This document shows positions 10,143 through 18,274 of a stretch of DNA of 24,877 nt, piece by piece. The stretch's first letter is position 1, and every line of letters begins with the position of its first letter. The stretch is from Candidatus Fervidifonticultor quintus. Its GTDB lineage: Bacteria; Sysuimicrobiota; Sysuimicrobiia; Sysuimicrobiales; Humicultoraceae. The notes under the pieces were generated by a model. It made no database searches, had not been told where the DNA came from, and saw only the letters and a program-made list of their open reading frames with translations. The DNA is taken from NCBI GenBank assembly GCA_031459535.1, contig JAVKIJ010000045.1:1-24877 (forward strand), given 5' to 3'. The position numbers and the translations under genes are program-made.

Positions 10143-10406
10143 GTGCCGGAGGTGCTGAAGGTCTCCGCAGACTCCAAGCCCAAGGCGGTTGCAGGCGCTG
10201 TCGCGGCGATCCTGCGGGAGAAGGGCACGGTGGAGATCCAGGCGGTTGGCGCGGGGGCCGTGAACCAGGCTGTCAAGGCCATTGCCATTAGCCGTGGCTT
10301 CGTGGCCCCCAACGGGATCGACCTGGTGGCGATTCCGGCGTTCACGAAGGTCGAGATCGACGGGGAGGAGCGCACCGCCATCAAGTTCCTTGTCGAGGCC
10401 AGGTAG
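10143..10406 (+). CDS. spoVS: Stage V sporulation protein S family protein
   Basis: EVLKVSADSKPKAVAGAVA...QAVGAGAVNQAVKAIAISRGFVAPNGIDL...IPAF...DGEERTAIKFLVE is the SpoVS signature. Strong SD AAGGAGG before the GTG. Confidence 0.97.
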   Translation: MPEVLKVSADSKPKAVAGAVAAILREKGTVEIQAVGAGAVNQAVKAIAISRGFVAPNGIDLVAIPAFTKVEIDGEERTAIKFLVEAR

Positions 10407-10413
10407 CCGCCCC

Positions 10414-11367
10414 GTGAACGGCACGGCCTATGGCGAGCTGAAAATCTTCTGCGGCTCGTCAACCCCGACCCTGGGTCAGGAGATCGCGGAGTACCTGCGT
10501 ACCCCGCTGGGGCGCGTGACCCTCATGCGCTTCGCTGACGGCGAGATCTACTGCCGGTACGAGGAGAACGCTCGGGGCGAGGATGCGTTCGTCATCCAGT
10601 CCACCTGCCATCCCGTCAACGAGCACCTCATGGAACTGCTGATCATGGTGGACGCGCTGCGCCGGGCGTCTGCGGGCCGCATCACGGCCGTGATGCCCTA
10701 CTACGGGTACGCCCGGAAGGACAAGAAGGATGCGCCCCGCGAGCCGATCACCGGACGGCTGGTCGCCGACCTGCTGACCACCGCCGGGGTGAACCGCGTG
10801 CTCACCGTGGATCTGCACGCAGGCCAGGTCGAGGGTTTCTTCAACATCCCCGTGGATCATCTGCGAGCCATGCCCCTGTTCGCCGATTACCTGGCCCGCA
10901 AGGGGCTCCGCAACGGCGTCGTCGTGGCCGCCGACGACGGCGCAGTCCGGCGCAGCAAGCACCTGGCAGACCGCCTCGACCTGCCCCTGGCGGTCATCTT
11001 CCAACGTCGGGTTGGCATGGACGCCAAGGAGCCCATTCAGATCGTGGGCGACGTGGAGGGTCGGATCCCCATCTTCATCGAGGACATCGTGGACACGGCG
11101 GGGACGATCCTCCAGGCCGCAGGCGTCCTGCTGTCGCACGGGTGCCAGCCCGAGATCTACGTGTGCGCGACTCACCCGGTGCTGGCCGGGCCTGCGGTCG
11201 AGCGGCTCTCGCGGCCCGAGATCCGCGAGGTGATCGTCACCAACACGATTCCCATCCGCCCGGACCACCTGATTCCCAAGATCACCGTGCTGTCTGCGGC
11301 CCCGCTGCTGGCTGAGGCCATCCGGCGCATTCACCTCAACCAGTCGGTCAGCCTGCTGTTCACATAG
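10414..11367 (+). CDS. prs: Ribose-phosphate pyrophosphokinase family protein (atypical active site)
   Basis: FADGEI, LMELLIMVDALRRASA, PYYGYAR, DLHAGQVEGFF, DTAGT, ATH, VTNTIP and SVSLLF motifs. GTG start at 10414. Confidence 0.92.
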   Translation: MNGTAYGELKIFCGSSTPTLGQEIAEYLRTPLGRVTLMRFADGEIYCRYEENARGEDAFVIQSTCHPVNEHLMELLIMVDALRRASAGRITAVMPYYGYARKDKKDAPREPITGRLVADLLTTAGVNRVLTVDLHAGQVEGFFNIPVDHLRAMPLFADYLARKGLRNGVVVAADDGAVRRSKHLADRLDLPLAVIFQRRVGMDAKEPIQIVGDVEGRIPIFIEDIVDTAGTILQAAGVLLSHGCQPEIYVCATHPVLAGPAVERLSRPEIREVIVTNTIPIRPDHLIPKITVLSAAPLLAEAIRRIHLNQSVSLLFT

Positions 11368-11374
11368 CCACGTC

Positions 11375-12862
11375 GTGACCGTGGTCCGAACGCGCTTCGC
11401 CCCCTCGCCGACCGGATACCTCCACGTGGGTGGAGCTTGGACCGCGTTCTTCAACTGGCTGTACAGCCGCCACCAGGGCGGCGTGTTCATCCTTCGGATC
11501 GAGGACACCGACCGATCCCGGTCTACCCAGGAATACGAGGCGGCCATCCTGGAGGACTTCAAGTGGCTGGGACTGACCTGGGACGAGGGGCCCGATATCG
11601 GGGGGCCGGTGGGGCCCTACCGGCAGACGGAGCGCGGTCACCTCTACGCCCAGTACGCCGCCGAGCTCGTGGAGCGCGACGCGGCGTACCCGTGCTACTG
11701 CACGCCACAGGAGCTGGAGGCCGAGCGACGGCAGGCCGAGGCTCAGCGTCGCCCGCACCGCTACTCCGGGCGCTGCCGGGCGCTGACTCCCGCGCAGCGG
11801 GCAGTTCTGGAAGCCGCCGGCCGCCGGCCGTCACTGCGCCTGCGGGTGGTCGGTCAGATCGAGCCGATCGTGGTGCACGACATCATCCGCGGCCCGGTGG
11901 TGTTCGAACCCGAGCACCTGGACGACTACATCATCGTCCGATCCGACGGCACGCCCCTGTACAACTTCGCCAATGTGGTGGACGACCACCTGATGCAGGT
12001 GACGCTGGTGATCCGCGCCAGCGAGCACCTCTCCAACACACCCAAGCAGTGGCTGATGTACCAGGCGCTGGGCTGGACTCCCCCCCAGGTGGCGCACCTC
12101 CCCGTGATTCTCGGCGCCGATCGCAAGAAGTTGAGCAAGCGCCACGGCGACACCGCGATCCGCGAGTATCGCGCCCAGGGGTATCTGCCCGAGGCCATGC
12201 TGAACTTCTTCGCGCTCATGGCTTGGCACCCGGAAGCCGAGCGCGAGGTGTACAGCTTGGAGGAACTGATCGCTGGTTTCGCGCTGGAGGAGGTCGGCCG
12301 TGCATCCCCTGTCTTCGACCTGGACAAACTCACCTGGCTGAATGCGGTCTACATGCGCCAACTCATCGAGCGCGATCCCGATCGGGTGGTCACTCTGTGC
12401 GCCGAGATCCTCCACCGTGAGGGGCTGCTGCCGGCCAGCCCGTCGGCCGACCAGCGAGCGTATCTGAGGAAGGTCATCGAGGTCGTGGGCGACCGATTGC
12501 GCGTCGGGCGGGACATTGTCGCCTACGGCGACTTCTTCTTCAGGGACGTGGTCTACGAACCTGCGGCTGCTGCGCAACACCTGGTACCGACGGCCGCGCC
12601 CTTGCTGGGAGCGTTCGCCGATGCGCTGGCGGGTCTGGAGCGGTTCGAGCGCGGACCCATTGAGGCGGCACTGCGGCGGGTGTGCGCCTCCGCCGGCCTC
12701 GATGCCCGCGCTCTGATCCACCCCGCCCGGGTGGCCCTGACGGGGAAGACTGTGGGCCCCGGGCTGTTCGAGCTGACCGAGTTGTTGGGCCGCGAGCGCG
12801 CCCTAGAGCGGCTACGCCAGGCGGCGCGTCTGGCCACAGGACAGAGCGCCCGCGCGCCTTGA
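11375..12862 (+). CDS. gltX: Glutamate--tRNA ligase
   Basis: RTRFAPSPTGYLHVGG, LRIEDTD, GPYRQTER, YPCYC, KLSKRHG and RVALTG...GPGLFE motifs. Confidence 0.97.
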   Translation: MTVVRTRFAPSPTGYLHVGGAWTAFFNWLYSRHQGGVFILRIEDTDRSRSTQEYEAAILEDFKWLGLTWDEGPDIGGPVGPYRQTERGHLYAQYAAELVERDAAYPCYCTPQELEAERRQAEAQRRPHRYSGRCRALTPAQRAVLEAAGRRPSLRLRVVGQIEPIVVHDIIRGPVVFEPEHLDDYIIVRSDGTPLYNFANVVDDHLMQVTLVIRASEHLSNTPKQWLMYQALGWTPPQVAHLPVILGADRKKLSKRHGDTAIREYRAQGYLPEAMLNFFALMAWHPEAEREVYSLEELIAGFALEEVGRASPVFDLDKLTWLNAVYMRQLIERDPDRVVTLCAEILHREGLLPASPSADQRAYLRKVIEVVGDRLRVGRDIVAYGDFFFRDVVYEPAAAAQHLVPTAAPLLGAFADALAGLERFERGPIEAALRRVCASAGLDARALIHPARVALTGKTVGPGLFELTELLGRERALERLRQAARLATGQSARAP

Positions 12863-12888
12863 CCCCCTTTTGCGGACGCCCGTATAAT
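12859..12888 (+). promoter_or_regulatory. Sigma70 promoter for tRNA-Gln
   Basis: TTGACC (12859-12864, overlapping the gltX stop) - 18 nt - TATAAT (12883-12888). Confidence 0.8.
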
Positions 12889-12938
12889 CAACGTGCGCCC
12901 GCGCTCCACGTGCGGTGCGGCGTGCTCCGCGTGCACGC

Positions 12939-13012
12939 TGGGGGATCGTCTAATGGTAGGACGACGGGCTCTGGACCCGTTAGTGGGGGTTCGAATCCTC
13001 CTCCCCCAGCCA
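12939..13012 (+). tRNA. tRNA-Gln (anticodon CTG)
   Basis: Acceptor stem TGGGGGA/TCCCCCA, D-arm GTC-TAATGGTAG-GAC, anticodon arm ACGGG-CTCTGGA-CCCGT, T-loop GTTCGAATC, discriminator G and encoded CCA. 74 nt. Confidence 0.97.
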
Positions 13013-13049
13013 CCTTACCGGTCCACCATTTGACACATCATCGCCCCAG

Positions 13050-13898
13050 ATGAAGAGAGGCGGCTTGATCGTCACCGCCCTTGCGGGGGGTCTGCTGGGC
13101 GCGGTCCTCTTGGCGGCCGCCGGCCGATCCGTGGTGGAACAACGGGTGTTCAGCGAGGTGGACACATTGCTGGCCCGGGGCAGGAGCGCACGGCGGGCGA
13201 CTCTCACCGAGACCCACCTCGCGGGCCTGCCCGAACCCGTGCGGCGCTGGCTCCGCTATTCGCGGGTGGTGGGACGGGAGCGTCCTGTGACCGTGCGGCT
13301 GAGGCAGCGCGGGCTGTTCCGCCTCGGCCCGCAGCGGGGCTGGATGCCGTTTGAGGCGGAGCAGTACTACACGACCGATCCCCCGGGCTTCGTGTGGGTC
13401 GCGAGGTTCCAGATGGCGCCGGCCGTGTCCATCTTTGGCAGGGATCGGTACGCGGACGGGGTGGGCAGCATCCGCATGTGGCTGCTCTACCTGATCCTCG
13501 TTGCCAGCAAGAGCGGTGGTGGCCTCAACCAGGGTGCGCTGCTGCGGTACCTCAACGAGACCATGTGGTTCCCGGCGGCGGCCACCAGCCCGTACATCAC
13601 CTGGGAGGCCGTCGGTGCTCACGCTGCCCGCGCCACCATGCGCTACGGTGGAGTGTCGGGATCGGCGACGTTCGTCTTCGATGAGCAGGGCCGGCTGGCG
13701 GAGATGACTGCGGAGCGCTTTGACGACGCCGTAGGCGGCTTGCAGCCGTGGTCGACGCCGATCGCGGCCTATGGGCAGTTCGACGGCGTGCGGGTTCCCG
13801 TGGCGGGGGAAGGGAGGTGGAGGTACCCGTCCAGTGACTTCACGTACATCCGCCTGAGGGTAACCGACCTCGAGTATGATCGGCCTGACCGGTTCTGA
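13050..13898 (+). CDS. DUF6544-like membrane-anchored hypothetical protein
   Basis: N-terminal TM and motifs LPEPVRRWL, WMPFEAEQY, PGFVW, GRDRY and LLRYLNE..WFP, recognised as this uncharacterised family. Confidence 0.7.
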   Translation: MKRGGLIVTALAGGLLGAVLLAAAGRSVVEQRVFSEVDTLLARGRSARRATLTETHLAGLPEPVRRWLRYSRVVGRERPVTVRLRQRGLFRLGPQRGWMPFEAEQYYTTDPPGFVWVARFQMAPAVSIFGRDRYADGVGSIRMWLLYLILVASKSGGGLNQGALLRYLNETMWFPAAATSPYITWEAVGAHAARATMRYGGVSGSATFVFDEQGRLAEMTAERFDDAVGGLQPWSTPIAAYGQFDGVRVPVAGEGRWRYPSSDFTYIRLRVTDLEYDRPDRF

Positions 13899-14039
13899 CT
13901 GGGCTCAGTGATTCTTCGACGATGCCTGCGTCTCGCGCAGCGCCCACCCGCCGCCGACAGGAAGCGGACAGCCCTTGGCGAAACCACGCTTCCACTGCCG
14001 GCCCCACGGTCCGCGGTGAAGACGTCAAAGGAGAACACC

Positions 14040-15158
14040 ATGAGCAGCGTGCGGGTTCTGGTCGGTACCCGGAAGGGAGCCTTCATCCTCTCGTCGGACG
14101 GCCGGCGGCAGCAGTGGGATGTCAGCGGGCCGCACTTCCCTGGCTGGGAAGTCTACCACGTGAAAGGTTCTCCCGCCGATCCCCAGCGGCTGTACGCGTC
14201 ACAGTCCAGCGGTTGGTTCGGGCAGGTGGTTCAGCGCTCCGATGATGGCGGCCGGACCTGGACCCCCGTGGGGAACACGTTCGCATACGAGGGTATCCCG
14301 GGCACGCACCAGTGGTACGATGGAACGCCCCACCCGTGGGAGTTCAAGCGGGTCTGGCACCTTGAGCCGTCGCTGACCGATCCGGAGATCGTCTACGCTG
14401 GCGTGGAAGACGCCGCGCTGTTCCGCTCGACCGACGGCGGCTGGAGCTGGCAGGAACTGGCCGGCCTGCGCGGCCACGGCTCAGGACGCTTCTGGCAACC
14501 CGGCGCCGGGGGGATGTGCCTGCACACCGTCCTGCTGGACCCAGGCGATCCCGGCCGGATGTTCGTGGCCATCTCGGCGGCGGGCGCGTTTCGGACCGAA
14601 GACGCGGGCCGGACCTGGCAGCCGATCAACCGCGGGCTCATCTCCCAGTACGAACTGCCAGACCCGGATGCGGAGGTCGGGCACTGCGTGCACCACATGG
14701 CCATGCACGCGTCGCGACCGCGGGTGCTGTTCATGCAGAAGCACTGGGACGTCATGCGCAGCGACGACGGCGGCGATTCGTGGCGCGAGGTCAGCGGCAA
14801 CCTGCCCACCGACTTCGGCTTTGTCATCGACGTGCACGCCCACGAGCCGGACACCGTCTATGTGGTCCCCATCAAGAGCGACTCGGAGCACTATCCGCCC
14901 GAAGGCCGGCTGCGCGTCTACCGCAGCCGCACCGGTGGAGGCCAGTGGGAGGCGCTGACCGACGGCCTGCCGCAGCGCGACTGCTACGTCAACGTGTTGC
15001 GTGAAGCCATGGCCGTCGATGCCCTGGATCCGTGCGGCGTCTATTTCGGCACCACCGGGGGCCAGGTGTACGCCTCGGCCGACGCGGGAGACCACTGGGC
15101 CTCCATTGTCCGGGATCTGCCCGCGGTGCTCTCGGTGGAGGTTCAGACGCTGTCGTGA
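14040..15158 (+). CDS. Asp-box/BNR-repeat beta-propeller protein (often annotated exo-alpha-sialidase/glycosyl hydrolase)
   Basis: Repeats [40 protein letters not shown] and SADAGDHW. N-terminal [18 protein letters not shown] before ATG 14040. No signal peptide. Confidence 0.85.
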   Translation: MSSVRVLVGTRKGAFILSSDGRRQQWDVSGPHFPGWEVYHVKGSPADPQRLYASQSSGWFGQVVQRSDDGGRTWTPVGNTFAYEGIPGTHQWYDGTPHPWEFKRVWHLEPSLTDPEIVYAGVEDAALFRSTDGGWSWQELAGLRGHGSGRFWQPGAGGMCLHTVLLDPGDPGRMFVAISAAGAFRTEDAGRTWQPINRGLISQYELPDPDAEVGHCVHHMAMHASRPRVLFMQKHWDVMRSDDGGDSWREVSGNLPTDFGFVIDVHAHEPDTVYVVPIKSDSEHYPPEGRLRVYRSRTGGGQWEALTDGLPQRDCYVNVLREAMAVDALDPCGVYFGTTGGQVYASADAGDHWASIVRDLPAVLSVEVQTLS

Positions 15159-15451
15159 TCCGGGTCGTGCTCCCGACGCACCTGCGGAGGCTGGCGCAGG
15201 TTGATGGCGAGGTGACGCTGGAGGTTGTCGGGCCGGTCACGCAGCGTTCGGTGCTCGACGCGCTGGAGGCGGCGTACCCGGCGCTGCGGGGGACCATCCG
15301 CGACCATCTCAGGGGCCAGCGACGGCCGTTTGTGAGATTCTTCGCATGCGAGCGGGACCTGTCCCACCAGGCGCCAGACGCCCCGCTGCCCGAGCCGGTC
15401 GTGCGGGGGAAGGAACCGTTACTGATCGTGGGAGCCCTGGCCGGCGGCTGA
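15155..15451 (+). CDS. MoaD/ThiS family ubiquitin-like (beta-grasp) protein
   Basis: 98 aa: [13 protein letters not shown]...[17 protein letters not shown]...RRPFVRFF...GALAGG-stop, ending in Gly-Gly. GTGA overlap with the propeller gene stop. Confidence 0.88.
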   Translation: MIRVVLPTHLRRLAQVDGEVTLEVVGPVTQRSVLDALEAAYPALRGTIRDHLRGQRRPFVRFFACERDLSHQAPDAPLPEPVVRGKEPLLIVGALAGG

Positions 15452-15574
15452 GACCGTTCGATCGTCCCCTCCCCAGACCGTCACTGGCGCGCCGAAGGTC
15501 CCCTGGCCGGGGCCGGAGGATGCGCCGCCGCTGGCCCGAAGGGAATCCACGGTGGTCCAGAGAGGAGATCGTGG

Positions 15575-18226
15575 ATGAGGGAATTGCACAGGACGTTTCT
15601 GTACGACGCGCACAAGGCCCTGGGCGCGAGGATGGTGGAGTTCGCCGGATGGGAGATGCCGCTACACTACCCCACCGGGGTGGTTCAGGAACACTTGGCC
15701 ACGCGGAAGCGCGCAGGCCTGTTCGACATCTCCCACATGGGACGGTTTGCGATTCGCGGGCCGGGCGCATTGGCATTCCTCCAGCACGTGCTCACCAACA
15801 ACGCTGCCGCGTTGGATGGCCGACCTGTGGGCGCCCAGTATACGGTCATCCCCAACGCCACAGGCGGGGCGGTTGACGACGCGTATCTCTATCGCTTCGA
15901 GGACGGGGAGTTCCTGCTGGTGGTCAACGCCGCCAACCGACAGAAGGACTGGCAACATCTCCAAGGGTATCTGGGGGAGTTCCACGGCGTCGAGCTGGTC
16001 GACTGTACCGAAGATGTGGTCATGCTGGCGTTGCAGGGGCCCATGGCGCGCGACCTGCTCGGCGGCGTGATGACGTCCGGCGAGCTGCCCGAGCCGCCGC
16101 GCAATACGGTGAGCATCGTGGGGGTCAACGACGCCCAGGTGAGGGTCGGCCGGACGGGATATACGGGCGAGCCGCTGTGCTTCGAGCTCTTCGTGGATCG
16201 CCGGCAGGGCCCTGCGCTGTGGGACCTCCTGATCCGGCGGGGCGCTACGCCGGTCGGCCTAGGTGCCCGGGACACACTGCGTCTGGAAGCCGGCCTGCCG
16301 CTCTACGGCCACGAGTTCGGCCCGGATCCCGAGGGGCGGGAGATTCCCGTCCTCGCGGTCTCCATCACGAAGTCGGCGGTCAGCTTCTCGGCGCTGAAAG
16401 GGGAGTTCGTGGGCCGCGCAGCTCTGCGCAGGCAATTCGAGGCGCTGGCCAGGATCATGTCGCGCGACTACTCGACCCTGCCAGACCTCCCCCGGCGCAT
16501 CAGGCCGCTGGCCGTCACCGGACGCGGCATTGCCCGCCAGGGCGCCAGGGTGTTCAAGGGGGACCGCCACGTCGGCTACGTGACCAGTGGGACCATGGTG
16601 CCGTTCTGGATCTTCGAAGACGACGGGAACATCTCCAGACCCACGGACCGGCACGAGATGCGCGCGATCGCTCTGGCCTACATCGACAGTGACGTTGCCG
16701 ATGACGAAGAGCTCCGCATCGACATCCGCGGTCAGGCCGTGGAGGCGGTGGTGGTTCCGTACCACCTCCGCTCTGAAGCGCCGCCGTACGCCCGGCCCAT
16801 CGTGGTCCGCCGGGCGGCCCCGGAACCGGTCCCGCCCGCGCAGGCGCCTCAGGCGCGGGTGCGCTGGCTCCTGCAGGAGACCATCAGCAACACCCGGTGG
16901 AGGCAGCACCAGTGCGTCAACCTGATTCCCTCGGAGATGACGGCTTCTCCCATGGTGCGGCTCCTATCGGTCATGGACCCGGCGTTCCGCTACGGCGAGC
17001 ACCGGGAGGTGAAGGCGTTCTACGACGCAGAGGTCTTCTACTATCAGGGGACGGAGTTCATCGCAGAAGTGGAGCGGCGGCTGCAGCACGAGATGCGGCG
17101 ATACCTGGAGTGCCATGACGTAGAGCTGCGGGTGATCAGCGGGCAGATGGCCAATGCCGCCGTGTTCAGCGCCATGGTGGACTACATCAACCGGGCAGAC
17201 CGCCGCCAGGAACCCAGGCGCATGCGATGCGTCATGAACCACCACATCGGCAAGGGTGGCCACCTGAGCGCCCAGCCCATGGGCGCCCTGAAAGACTTTG
17301 TCGCCCGCGACCCAAGGACCGAGCGCCCGGCGGTGATCAACTTCCCGGTGCTGCGCGACAACCCCTATCAGATTGACGTGCAGGCGACGTGCGAGCTCAT
17401 CGACAGATACCGCCCTGAGCTTATCGTCTTCGGCAAGAGCATGGTCCTCCACAGGGAACCCGTGGCCGAGATCCGCCGATTCCTCGACGCTCAGCGGATC
17501 ACGGCCGTGGTGATGTATGACATGGCCCACGTGCTGGGGCTGGTCGGGCCGCACTTCCAGCGGCCGTTCCAGGAGGGGGCCGATCTGGTGACGGGCTCGA
17601 CCCACAAGACCTACTTCGGGACCCAGCGGGGCGTGGTGGGCAGCCGCTTCCAGCCCCACGAGGAAGGCTATGAGCTGTGGGAGCGGGTGCGCAGCCGGGC
17701 GTTTCCCGGAGCTCTCTCCAACCACCACCTTGGTACGCTGCTGGGCCTGCTGATGGCCGCCTACGAGATGAACCACTTCAAAGATCAGTACCAGCCCAGG
17801 GTCATCGCCAACGCCAAGGCGTTCGCCCGGGCCCTGCACGAGTGTGGACTGGCCGTGGCCGGCGACCCGGCCATAGACTTCACGGAGACTCATCAGGTCG
17901 TGGTGCACGTGGGGTACAGTCGGGGCCCGGAGATCGCGCGTCGGCTTGAGGAGAACTGCATCATCTGCAATTTCCAGGCCTGCCCGGGCGAGGAAGGCTT
18001 CACGGCCGCCGGGGGACTGCGGCTGGGAGTCGCGGAGATGACCCGCTTTGGCATGGAGGCCGAAGACTTCCGTGAACTGGCTGTCCTGATGAGGGAGGTG
18101 ATTGCAGACGGGGCCAACGTGGCCTCGCAGGTCAAGGCATTTCGCGCCCGGTTCCGTGACCTCCGGTTCTGCTTTCGTCAGGAGGACTACGCGGACCTGA
18201 TCCAGGAGTTGCACGGGCTCCTGTAG
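15575..18226 (+). CDS. Fusion of glycine-cleavage aminomethyltransferase (GcvT, N-terminal) and serine hydroxymethyltransferase (GlyA, C-terminal)
   Basis: GcvT motifs EFAGWEMPLHY, GLFDISHMG, LVVNAAN, ALQGP, RTGYTGE and GLGARDTLRLEAGLPLYG. Pro/Ala linker. SHMT motifs NLIPSE, GGHLS, YDMAHVLGL, TGSTHKT, ANAKAFA and GLRLG. SD GAGGAG. Confidence 0.93.
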   Translation: MRELHRTFLYDAHKALGARMVEFAGWEMPLHYPTGVVQEHLATRKRAGLFDISHMGRFAIRGPGALAFLQHVLTNNAAALDGRPVGAQYTVIPNATGGAVDDAYLYRFEDGEFLLVVNAANRQKDWQHLQGYLGEFHGVELVDCTEDVVMLALQGPMARDLLGGVMTSGELPEPPRNTVSIVGVNDAQVRVGRTGYTGEPLCFELFVDRRQGPALWDLLIRRGATPVGLGARDTLRLEAGLPLYGHEFGPDPEGREIPVLAVSITKSAVSFSALKGEFVGRAALRRQFEALARIMSRDYSTLPDLPRRIRPLAVTGRGIARQGARVFKGDRHVGYVTSGTMVPFWIFEDDGNISRPTDRHEMRAIALAYIDSDVADDEELRIDIRGQAVEAVVVPYHLRSEAPPYARPIVVRRAAPEPVPPAQAPQARVRWLLQETISNTRWRQHQCVNLIPSEMTASPMVRLLSVMDPAFRYGEHREVKAFYDAEVFYYQGTEFIAEVERRLQHEMRRYLECHDVELRVISGQMANAAVFSAMVDYINRADRRQEPRRMRCVMNHHIGKGGHLSAQPMGALKDFVARDPRTERPAVINFPVLRDNPYQIDVQATCELIDRYRPELIVFGKSMVLHREPVAEIRRFLDAQRITAVVMYDMAHVLGLVGPHFQRPFQEGADLVTGSTHKTYFGTQRGVVGSRFQPHEEGYELWERVRSRAFPGALSNHHLGTLLGLLMAAYEMNHFKDQYQPRVIANAKAFARALHECGLAVAGDPAIDFTETHQVVVHVGYSRGPEIARRLEENCIICNFQACPGEEGFTAAGGLRLGVAEMTRFGMEAEDFRELAVLMREVIADGANVASQVKAFRARFRDLRFCFRQEDYADLIQELHGLL

Positions 18227-18253
18227 GTCGGGCGGCCTGGCGCCGGGCCCGAC
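18227..18253. terminator. GC-rich hairpin between convergent gcvT-glyA and glnS
   Basis: GTCGGGC (18227-18233) is the reverse complement of GCCCGAC (18247-18253). No U-tract on either side. Confidence 0.35.
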
Positions 18254-18274
18254 GTCCGAGCTGACCAGCGCGTT

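Noticed and set aside
13030-13035. Perfect TTGACA after the tRNA (also at 21457-21462 on +)
   Set aside because: No -10 element at 16-18 nt. The 21457 copy is better explained as the minus-strand TTGTCA -35.
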